Origin: Lytechinus pictus
Taxonomy: Eukaryota
Length of the DNA stretch: 64,000 bases
Direction of reading: 5' to 3'
Assembly: GCF_037042905.1 (NCBI RefSeq)
Contig: NC_087245.1
Coordinates: forward strand, 31,498,001-31,562,000
In this document: positions 57,901 through 64,000 of the stretch, in pieces
Position numbering within the stretch: the stretch's first letter is position 1
Layout of the letters: each line of letters begins with the position of its first letter
Program-made: the position numbers and the translations under genes
Notes under the pieces: model-generated
Databases searched by the model: none
What the model saw: only the letters and a program-made list of their open reading frames with translations
What the model was told of the DNA's origin: nothing

Positions 57901-60900
57901 AACTGCTTGTTAGTTTGATATGAGATTTATTGATAGAAGCATCAAAATTTAATAACTTTTAGTAAAAATGAAAAACAATATTATGGAAAACAGCTATTTG
58001 ATCATTATACACCTTAAAATTCCCTGACAACTCAATAACATTGTACCTTTGATATATAAAATCTTAATCAAGTCTTTAAGTTGGGGATTCTACTGATGTA
58101 CAGATACTGATGTACATTGTTTTGATTGAAGCACTTTTAAAATCAGATATAAACACGACGTGGGGTCGCCTCGTGGTCTAGTGGTACTAACTCTCACCTT
58201 TCAAACAGAGGGTCGTGGGTTCAAATCCTAGCCATGGCGTGTTTTCCTTCAGCAAGAAATTTATCCACACTGTGCTGCACTCTCCCCAGGTGAGGTAAAT
58301 GGGTACCGGCAGGAAGTAATTCCTCAAAAAGCTATGCACACTAGGATCGGTAGACTAGCTTAGCCGGGGTAATATAGGAGCGCCTTGAGCACCTAGTAAG
58401 GTGGATACGTGCGCTATACAAATCCTATATTATTTATTATTATTATTTATTTAAACTGTATCTGATGTTGTAAAAAAACTCTCATATTTTTATGTAATAT
58501 CTTTAGAAGGAAGAGAAATTCAGCAATTTCTTTGAGTGAATTCTTGAGGTATTCAATTTTCCATCTTGCATCACGAGTATAATACAAATTTCTGCAATCA
58601 AATATATATGTCTTGGCATGGTGTGCATGTGTAATTTGTATATGTATGCTTTTTGATCTTTGTAGTCGAGGATAATGTCTCAGCTTGTGTTTCATTTTCT
58701 ACTTATTATTAGCATGGTTTTTTTTTTCAAGCTTGTTTTGTATATGCTTTGTATTATTTATCTGTAAAGTTTTTGTTTATGAGAACATTAAAACTTATAT
58801 ACTAGTAATGGACATATAATTGTCTTTCTCCTTTAAATGTAAAATCTGTACCACTGTTTAAAAATTTCTCTTTCAATATCAGTGCGATTATTATTTTGTG
58901 GTTTGATCAAGTTAACTCAATTTTTTACAATCCTTTTTTTTTGGTAAAATGTGAGATAAAACATTAGTGCTCATTCACTGTTCCTGAAGAATTACATTTC
59001 GCTGACAAAAAAAATCTTGGGAAATTTGTCATGCAAGAGAAAGAAAATAGAGGAAATGTAGTTATGCAGTTTCAATGTTAAGAGCATTGTAATTGTTTGT
59101 ATGAAATGATGCATGATGTTCTGTCATTTCTACGTCCATGTCCTTTAGAATAATACAACAATGCTGTGATCAAATTCCTATGTATTTTAAGCCATCAGTT
59201 TGTGTCTATCAATGTGGGACAACAATTTTAGTGTGGACATTCAAATGTATTAACTTTCCTGTCTTTTAGCTGCTGTAATGTATTCTCGTATATGCACGTG
59301 TTACATTCATTATTTTGTTTGTTTATTTTGTAATGTATATCTCTGTTGATGGTCTCACAAATGCACCTTGTTTTTAATTTCTTGTGCAGGCATAGGTTGA
59401 CTAAATTTGATGATTCTTATCTCTGTATTATTTTCCTCCTTTTTTGATTATGTATCCATTCATCTCAACTTTCTGTGCTGCTTGTCTGTATCTCCATGCC
59501 CGTCTCTCTACCCCCCCCCCCCATTCCTTTTTCTTTTTCTCTCTCTGCAGTCTCCATTCTTCATCCCCTCTCTCATTCCCCTCACTCATTCTACACATGT
59601 TTTGCCCATCCTCTTTGCTTTCTCTCTGATATCCTTGCTCCATTGCTTTTGTCTGATTTTAGAGAGAAAAGCTGCAGACTTTCTCCCTGATTCATACATT
59701 GATTTCTTCCATTGGATTGTGTGTAATTAAGAAAGATTTTGCCAATTTCTCAGTAAATTCTTCCTGAGAGGTGAACATTAAAGTTGGCAGCCCTGCTTTT
59801 GGTCTCTGTGGTCTCTGCTCTCACATTTTCTCTTCTCGTTCCCAACTTCCCCTTTTCATTCTTCCCCCTCTCTTTTCTTTCTCTTTCTATCCATCCCCCT
59901 TTGTTTTCCTTTCATTTGTGCACATTCTTTCTTGTTAAGCTCCTTTCATTTTTTTACTTCTGGGTAAAGTTGCTTTACTAATGTGTATAAATGATACTCC
60001 ACTTATAAATATGGATTGGCCAGTGTAATTTAACATTTTGTGGAGTTTTTTTTTTTTGCATAAATATTGCCTACACATTCATTGCCTTTCAGTTTTACTG
60101 CCAAACCGAGTCAAAGCAGCTACAATTGATGATAAAATTTGACCAATTACATGTACTTTGCACATGTAGACGACATGAGTTACATGTACATGATTTTAAA
60201 CAATACAATAAATGATTAAATCAAAGAGCTCTGCAAATATTCTCTACTGATGATATAACTACCTTATGATATAACTACATTATGATATACAATGTTAATT
60301 TATGGCAGATTGAAAAAAGGCTCATTTCATTAACAGAAAAAGTTGCAATATTTGCTATTTGCATGAATAGTATGATTTGTTAAACAAATTGACCCAATTC
60401 AGTTGCATATTGGATAGAATGTTTTAGGATTATTCTGTATGAAATAAAATATGTTAAAGATTTTTTAGAAGTTAATTTGGATGGGTAATTGAATATTACC
60501 TCTTGTTAGTTTTGAAGGAATTCAAACCAAAGGCTTTAGACATCCAGCATTAGAAATATTTGTACAAGTAGCCATTTACCAGGGTCCCGTAAAACACAAT
60601 GGTTAGCAATTGATCGTACGCTTGATTGTCACGATTGATTGTACATGTACATGTACATTGTAGTCAATGGAATCAATCATAGAAAAATGTTCCACGATCA
60701 TTGCTAAGTTTTGTGTTACGAGCCCTTGGTCACCTTAACTTGTGAACAAATTATAATAGACACAATAAAGCATTGTTTATTTTGAATTTGAATTTGAACA
60801 TGTTTTGAACAATATCCTTGTATATGTTTTTTTTTGTGCAGGAGAAAAAAGAGAGGAAGAAGGCGGCATCGCTACACTCTGTTAGAAGATCAAGAAGGCA

Positions 60901-61766
60901 ATGATATGATGGAGATGCATCCAAAAATGGGAAATGGTACGTAACATTTTATCTAGAAAGTTAAATTGTATTGAAGCTTGACAACTGGAATATTTGACTG
61001 GTTTTAACTTGGTGTGCTATTAAATTAATAAATGAATTAGGCATAGTCATGACATGAAATTTGCATGATGGTTTCAAAATCAACTTCGTAAATTTAGCCA
61101 TTAAGATTTCCCTTCACAATGAACCCAAAAGATATCCATTTAGTCAATGTTACTGTCTCAATTTTAATCTCGCCTGCATAGCAGAAAGAGACTATCGGTG
61201 CCGCTTTTCCTTAGGTAGTGGTGGTGTTGTCAATATTGAAATCTTTACCAAGTTCATTTTTTGAAATGCCATCATAACTTGAAAAAGGATATGGACCCTG
61301 TTCATGACTTGAAAATGTTTACATAATGGTCATTAAGTATCACTTATAATCTTGCATAAGTTTCAGGTCACATTATCAAGGTTAAAGGTCATTTGGGTCA
61401 ATGTACTTTGACCATGTTTTAAAAATCAACATTGAAATCTTACCCAAGGTTAAGTTTTTGAAATGTCAACATAACCTTAAAAGTATTGGAATCTAGTTCA
61501 GGAAACTTGGACATAAGGGTAATCAAGTATCACTGATTGTTCTATGTTAGTTTTAGGTCACATGATTAAGGTGAAAGGTTATTTAGGGTCAATGAACTTT
61601 TGAGGGTTTCAGATTATATAAACTATAAAGAGATATATGTAGGCTCGTGAAAATAAATTGATATTTTATATTTGATTGTAATGACTTCATCCTATACTAA
61701 CTGATTCCCTAGGTAACAATGGCAACGTTCTTGATAAACTAACGGGCAGAAGTAACTCATCTGAAG
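22079..61766 (+). CDS. KIAA0319L: KIAA0319/KIAA0319L (AAVR)-like type I membrane protein; multi-exon CDS, 3' end not identified in window
   Basis: 23 GT-AG exons splice in frame (3100 nt). Domain order MANSC - mucin-like stalk - 5x PKD (NxPPxAxAGPD...LDGSxSxDD...Y.W...G.Y.F.LTV.D) - CxxxCSxHGHCDxxTxRCxCxxFWMEN...GESNC-DWSILYV TM - basic stretch - YTLL is diagnostic of the family. An invertebrate copy is probably co-orthologous to both vertebrate paralogues. Confidence 0.93.
22713..22985 (+). CDS. KIAA0319L: MANSC/MANEC domain exon
   Basis: ttttcacag|CT..CAG|gtgaat; encodes ECITFCCQSQVCDMVWMVADSCYSVQCFSEETC. Confidence 0.92.
23086..23971. mobile_element. hAT-like MITE with a nested TIR element at about 23267-23528
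   Basis: CAGGGCTTGACA ... TGTCGAGCCCTG with ATGTAC(A/T) flanks; inner GGCTCTGTCACAACGTTCCATGCAAGCCTTGC ... GCAAGGCTTGCATGGAACGATATGACAGGGCC. Confidence 0.65.
25245..25909. mobile_element. TTAA-flanked MITE, older
   Basis: TTAAAGGACAAGTCCACC ... GATGGACTTGACCTTGAA. Confidence 0.65.
26625..26925. repeat. Degenerate (CAT/CAC)n microsatellite
   Basis: Direct reading; source of the poly-His/Met/Ile ORFs. Confidence 0.95.
27413..28372 (+). mobile_element. Helentron/DINE-like non-autonomous element with internal tandem repeats, interrupted by a SINE
   Basis: Same ends and core repeat as 55339-56512. Confidence 0.7.
27589..27857 (+). mobile_element. tRNA-derived SINE
   Basis: A box TGGCTCAGTGG, B box GGTTCAAATCC, body ...CCCAGGTGTAGTAAATGGGTA, (TAT)n tail; TAAAG on both sides. 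Confidence 0.85.
28625..28771 (+). CDS. KIAA0319L: Symmetric phase 1-1 exon with small 4-Cys module (CYSDDDCEQGEFCFGLDLYDNGIC)
   Basis: ctacctag|AT..CAG|gtacgg; 147 nt, open, phase-compatible. Confidence 0.75.
29778..30735. repeat. Approximately 390-bp inverted duplication with a MITE spacer
   Basis: 29778-30168 is the reverse complement of 30346-30735 with few mismatches. Confidence 0.9.
35061..35140 (+). CDS. KIAA0319L: Thr/Pro-rich stalk exon
   Basis: ttcacag|AT..ACT|gtaagt; DSLRDLPTTQHPLATETKRPTLAINNT; phase 1-0. Confidence 0.7.
35667..36190. mobile_element. Two adjacent copies of an approximately 270-bp MITE (GGGCCCCGTCTTACAAAGAG family); also at 44945-45231 and 50276-50549
   Basis: TIRs ..CTTACAAAGAG / CTCTTTGTAAGACGGGG and a shared interior. 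Confidence 0.8.
36280..36376 (+). CDS. KIAA0319L: Stalk exon
   Basis: aaag|ACA..AATG|gtatgt; TPLQTGEVSTSGLITPSVVEMPAKKDGSDSSN; phase 0-1 bridges the neighbouring exons. Confidence 0.65.
36833..37039 (+). CDS. KIAA0319L: Mucin-like Thr/Ser/Pro-rich stalk exon
   Basis: ttttacag|GC..CCCT|gtgagt; an alternative same-phase donor TAG|gtagtg lies at 37018; PTTAPRPTTAP...TTSTTSTT. Confidence 0.78.
38005..38141. mobile_element. Small hairpin MITE; inverted sister copy at about 60581-60727
   Basis: GGGGCTCGTAACACAAAG ... TGTTACGGAACCC. Confidence 0.7.
40308..40545. repeat. Approximately 30-bp minisatellite abutting the PKD1 acceptor
   Basis: Unit approximately CAGTGATTTTGACACTGTAATATTCAATCTTA, about 8 copies. 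Confidence 0.85.
40565..40761 (+). CDS. KIAA0319L: PKD1 N-half exon
   Basis: cgcag|TT..CAG|gtgacc; VQLTVSLGESKSLQLPEETSVTLHAFVLPDGQPYTYQY. Confidence 0.9.
41493..41673 (+). CDS. KIAA0319L: PKD1 C-half / PKD2 start exon
   Basis: ccctcag|TTG..CTG|gtaggt; LIAGFYQFKVSVEG...NVTVNPPPRINQPPVAVI...LDGS. Confidence 0.93.
42419..42790 (+). mobile_element. 5'-truncated L2/CR1-group LINE 3' end
   Basis: RIEFKILL/TFKAVHGLAPGY...LRS...FGDRTFSSIAPRLWNSL, a typical ORF2 C-terminus; (CAT)n tail. Confidence 0.8.
42952..43090 (+). CDS. KIAA0319L: PKD2 exon
   Basis: gtgcag|GA..CAG|gtacgt; STDDDDDRIASYSWNQVKGPL...LKPGVYLI. Confidence 0.93.
43110..43545. repeat. Degenerate repeat array with a CA(C/T)TTGGTCTA core
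   Basis: More than 10 recurrences of TTGGTCT(A). Confidence 0.7.
43863..43927 (+). CDS. KIAA0319L: PKD2 end exon
   Basis: ctgcag|G..AAG|gtattt; LTVTDYDGASNSTIANVTVKE. Confidence 0.92.
44623..44777 (+). CDS. KIAA0319L: PKD3 N-half exon
   Basis: atatag|AG..ACA|gtaagg; DYTPHAQAGPDVEIKLPVDFTTLNGSKSSDDHGITSYEW. Confidence 0.93.
45505..45600. repeat. (AAT/GAT/TAT)n microsatellite
   Basis: Direct reading. Confidence 0.9.
45720..45843 (+). CDS. KIAA0319L: PKD3 C-half exon
   Basis: atgtag|GGA..CAG|gtcagt; LHLTGLEEGTYVFKLTVTDAKDQKD. Confidence 0.93.
46576..46708 (+). CDS. KIAA0319L: PKD4 N-half exon
   Basis: cctcag|AA..TAG|gtaaga; NTPPSADTGPDKELTLPSDTTSLDGSGSTDDQGIESYHWEQI. Confidence 0.92.
46762..46871 (+). 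pseudogene. Diverged tandem duplicate of the PKD4 N-half exon (5'-truncated pseudo-exon or alternative exon)
   Basis: Reads GAGPNKELVLPSDTASLDGSGSTDDQGIESYHWEQV, followed by an intact AG|gtaaga donor; no clean in-frame acceptor seen. Confidence 0.75.
47389..47537 (+). CDS. KIAA0319L: PKD4 C-half exon
   Basis: acacag|T..GAG|gtaaag; GPSDAVLTNPDQATVDVSGLGEGAYVFSLTVQD. Confidence 0.93.
47505..47810 (+). repeat. Approximately 130-bp tandem repeat (about 2.3 copies) containing the exon 3' end and donor
   Basis: ACAGGT(C/T)..GTTACTGTAAAGA(G/T)AG(G/C)TAAAGATA occurs three times. Confidence 0.85.
48444..48595 (+). CDS. KIAA0319L: PKD5 N-half exon
   Basis: gatcag|AG..GGG|gtaagg; RNQPPVARIGPDQELILPSTSLEVDGSQSSDDKGIVSYLWTRSNQSPAAG. 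Confidence 0.93.
48601..49053. repeat. Long compound (GAT/GGT/GTT/GAA) microsatellite filling a PKD5 intron
   Basis: Direct reading. Confidence 0.97.
49091..49229 (+). CDS. KIAA0319L: PKD5 C-half exon
   Basis: atctag|GTG..AAG|gtatgt; VVVGNSNHEPILRMVDLVPGQYKFTLNVSDAKG. Confidence 0.93.
49880..49950 (+). CDS. KIAA0319L: Post-PKD (SEA-like region) exon
   Basis: caacag|AC..AAG|gtaaat; DPHILSQVQIVFDEDIALFTEQDK. Confidence 0.88.
51530..51746. mobile_element. Hairpin MITE
   Basis: CTG|GGGGGTGTTTCACAAAGATTTAAGTATG ... CATACTTAAATCTTTGTGAAACACCCCC|CTG. Confidence 0.8.
51965..52053 (+). CDS. KIAA0319L: SEA-like region exon
   Basis: tcacag|AAT..AAT|gtaagt; NDLIMPLAVMLGVNNGDVIIQRI. Confidence 0.88.
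52250..52632 (+). mobile_element. Degraded L2-like LINE 3' fragment
   Basis: PSRNFRSRNKSLLLVP...SYGSR, then a frameshifted LWNNLP-like motif; (TAT)n tail. Confidence 0.6.
53187..53329 (+). CDS. KIAA0319L: SEA-like region exon
   Basis: ttacag|G..TAG|gtaaga; LKVEFLAFNK...GPEVLKRLKS...ILEYDTV. Confidence 0.88.
54350..54472 (+). CDS. KIAA0319L: Cys-rich EGF-like (C6) juxtamembrane exon
   Basis: acacag|TT..GTG|gtgagt; CQKNCSNHGHCDPYTNRCVCETFWMENFIRVKFQDGESNC. Confidence 0.96.
54825..54992. mobile_element. Hairpin MITE; inverted sister copy at about 57036-57193 and a fragment near 62820-62931
   Basis: GGGGCCCGTTTCATAAAG ... CTTTATGAAACGGACCCC. Confidence 0.8.
55339..56512 (+). mobile_element. 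Helentron/DINE-1-like non-autonomous element with internal 120-180-bp tandem repeats; relatives at 27413-28372, about 61165-61600, 37360-37494 and 32885-32961
   Basis: Sits in a T-run; subterminal IR GTCTCGCCTGCA / TGCAGGCGAGAC; (GGC)n near the 5' end; repeated CATGAAACTTGGACATAAGG..GGTCAAAGGTCA core; ends CCACTTGTT. Confidence 0.75.
56686..56776 (+). CDS. KIAA0319L: Transmembrane exon
   Basis: ctgcag|AT..AAG|gtaagt; DWSILYVIIVCFLVLVALGVCVWLIACCCA. Confidence 0.95.
58162..58452 (+). mobile_element. tRNA-derived SINE
   Basis: A box TGGTCTAGTGG, B box GGTTCAAATCC, body TGTGCTGCACTC.CCCAGGTGAGGTAAATGGGTACC, (TAT)n tail. Confidence 0.85.
60842..60936 (+). CDS. KIAA0319L: Cytoplasmic tail exon with basic stop-transfer stretch and YTLL (YxxPhi) motif
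   Basis: gtgcag|G..ATG|gtacgt; RRKKRGRRRHRYTLLEDQEGNDMMEMHPK. Confidence 0.93.
61713..61766 (+). CDS. KIAA0319L: Putative 54-nt symmetric cytoplasmic exon
   Basis: Branch-like tactaac at 61695-61701; ccctag|GT..AAG|gtagct; GNNGNVLDKLTGRSNSSE; phase 1-1. Confidence 0.55.
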
Positions 61767-64000
61767 GTAGCTTTATTGGTGTAGCCATTGTGATTCATGG
61801 TCTAACCCATCCCAGCTGATTTTTTGCCTCCCCCCCTCCCCTCACCCACCCTAGTCTACAAACACAGACTCCAATTTGACAAGTAATGCTATGTTTAGGG
61901 TGTAGACTAGACCCCAGACCCTGTGTATGTGTAATGGTACATATTGAGTGAATCTAGCCTCACGACTTACGTCTCTGCACTTTACGTGCATGATGCGAAA
62001 GCAAAAGGTCTGTGCCTGCCGACTACCCAACCCCTCATCATCCCACATGTATCTTTATATATCTCTCTCTTTCCCTGCTCTTCTGCCTATCTGTATTCTC
62101 TCTTATTTTCTACTTCGTTTTTTCTCTGCTGCTTTGATTTTATACCTTCATATAAAATCTCTTTATGAGAGCTTTCGTTTGCTGTGTTCTTTTAAAGCAA
62201 GCTGTAGTTTTTATATTACTCTCTCTTCGTCGACCACCTGTCCTCTCTTCCTCTGTCTCTCTCCTCCTCCCCTCTTCTTCTCTTCTCCCATCTTTTCTTA
62301 TATCTTCTCTCCTATTCTCTCTTCCTCTTTTCTGCCATTTCTATCACCTCACTATTCTCTCCATCTTTCTCTTTTATTAACTTTCTCCCCCTGTCTTTGT
62401 CTGTCTCTGAATGTCTCTCCATCTGTCTCTCTCTCTCTCCCTCTCATCCTTTCTCAAGAGTGCAGTATATATGCTATTCTCTTATTCCAAACTATCTTTA
62501 TAGATATATATTCTTCTGTAATCCTTAACAATCTTTTCTAATCCGTCAATTTCTTTTTTTGTCATATTCACTCTTATCCCCTCAAGACAGAGACATTCAA
62601 ATATCTGTGGGCCAATATTCATAAATAGTTACAACTATTGGGCAATTCCATAAAATAATCAATCTTTTTTGTACGTCCGACCCCCATTTTTCTTGAGTCT
62701 TACTTCACTTCATAAACTGACCAAGTCATGGTCCTTTGAGAACATTACGGACTGTCAAAAGAACAAGAAATCAGAGACAGAAAATTTGATGAAGGTCCCT
62801 TATATAGGGCGTCGTGTCATCGTGATAATTACCATAGTAACAGCTTAGCAGCCAATCACAATGAAGGTTTCCATGGAAGTTACAATAATGGCAAATTTAC
62901 AATAGTTGTTTGGCTTTATGGAATGGGCCCCTCTTTTTTCCCCTTTACCTTATTTTGCTCATTATCTTGTGCACCAAATATCCATTTCCCTTTAAAATGT
63001 TCATCTGAAATATAAGCCAACAATCTATACTTTCCTTTGATCCTTGTTTTCAAGTACAGCGGTTATTTTTCTGTTTTTCGCAAAAGTAGCAGCTCATATG
63101 TTTGTTTGTTTTTTATTTCTATGCTAATCATTTTAATTTCTTATTTTCATCTACCAATACCCCAAAAAGACCATGTAAAGTGCAAGTTACAATTGTCTTG
63201 CGGATTTTGTTCAAAACAATCAGCTCTGTTCCCAAGTCTATGTTGGAGATATTTTCACTTCACATATTACAAGCCAATACATTATGATATCAGTGCAATA
63301 TTTAAAGTGTTATTGATTTGATATTGTACTACCTTGCAGCATTGTCGTATGATGTGCATGAATGCTAATTCCTTATTCGAAATGTATCATATGATATAAT
63401 ATTTTAATTGTTATTATTAAAGAATGATTGTATAGCTTAAAGTTTATGACCATCTGATCCATGAATACTTAGTTAGCGATGCCCTTGTAATACTGTTAGT
63501 CACCTTGTCAAATGTCAGTCACGCTTTTTCCCGCAGAAATCCTGCAAGTGTCTTTTCATTACCAATCCTCACATTTCATCGTGGACTCAACAATGTAAAT
63601 GTTGAAATCTGTTAGGAAAAGACGCTGAGCTCCTTTATAGCGGCATTCTTACTTTTGACAAGTTGCCTTGTTCTTTTGGTTTAAGTTTTTCTGCAATGTG
63701 CATTATGTATTTCAGTTCATAAACTATAATATTTTTCTCAGTTTTCAATAAATGTTGGGAGATACAAATTCATCTAGTCCGGACTACATGAACATTATTG
63801 CTTGTTAATGTTTACTATATGGAAGGACATGGTGTTTATGCTAAGATTTAACATTTTAAAGTCATGCTTGATGCAATGATAAGAAAACTGGAAAATAGAA
63901 GTAATGAAATGACAGTGAGAAATTTGTTTTAGTAAACATTAGTAGCAGAGGAATAAAAAAAATGTATATATGAATAAGTATAATGAAAATAGAATAAAAA

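Noticed and set aside
61948..62541. 197-aa hydrophobic ORF (also 21639-21938 and 59407-59981)
   Set aside because: CT-rich low-complexity DNA giving Leu/Ser/Phe runs.
63537..63598. Possible terminal exon after ccgcag (EILQVSFHYQSSHFIVDSTM*)
   Set aside because: Phase-compatible but lacks the acidic S-E/D-rich motif expected in family C-termini; the true last exon is probably downstream.

Overview
AT-rich, repeat-dense animal genomic DNA. The repeat types suggest a marine invertebrate deuterostome such as a sea urchin (inference). The window holds one + strand intron-rich gene, a KIAA0319/KIAA0319L (AAVR)-family type I membrane protein. I traced 23 coding exons by hand from 22079 to 61766 (3100 nt, about 1033 codons, every splice phase compatible). 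They encode a signal/anchor, MANSC/MANEC domain, an extra small Cys-rich module, a Thr/Pro/Ser-rich stalk, five PKD/Ig-like repeats, a SEA-like/EGF-like juxtamembrane region, a TM helix and a YTLL-bearing tail. The stop-containing exon is not identified and probably lies beyond the window. The rest is non-autonomous DNA elements (MITEs, Helentron-like elements), SINEs, LINE fragments and microsatellites; most listed ORFs are spurious. The most striking observation is at seven sites, where comparison with a sister repeat copy or the opposite arm of a hairpin shows the same 6-bp insertion (TA -> TACATGTA) in unrelated flanks. This looks like a pervasive Tc1/mariner-type excision footprint. Also notable are a duplicated PKD4 exon diverged mainly at synonymous sites and a 7SL/Alu-like SINE fragment.
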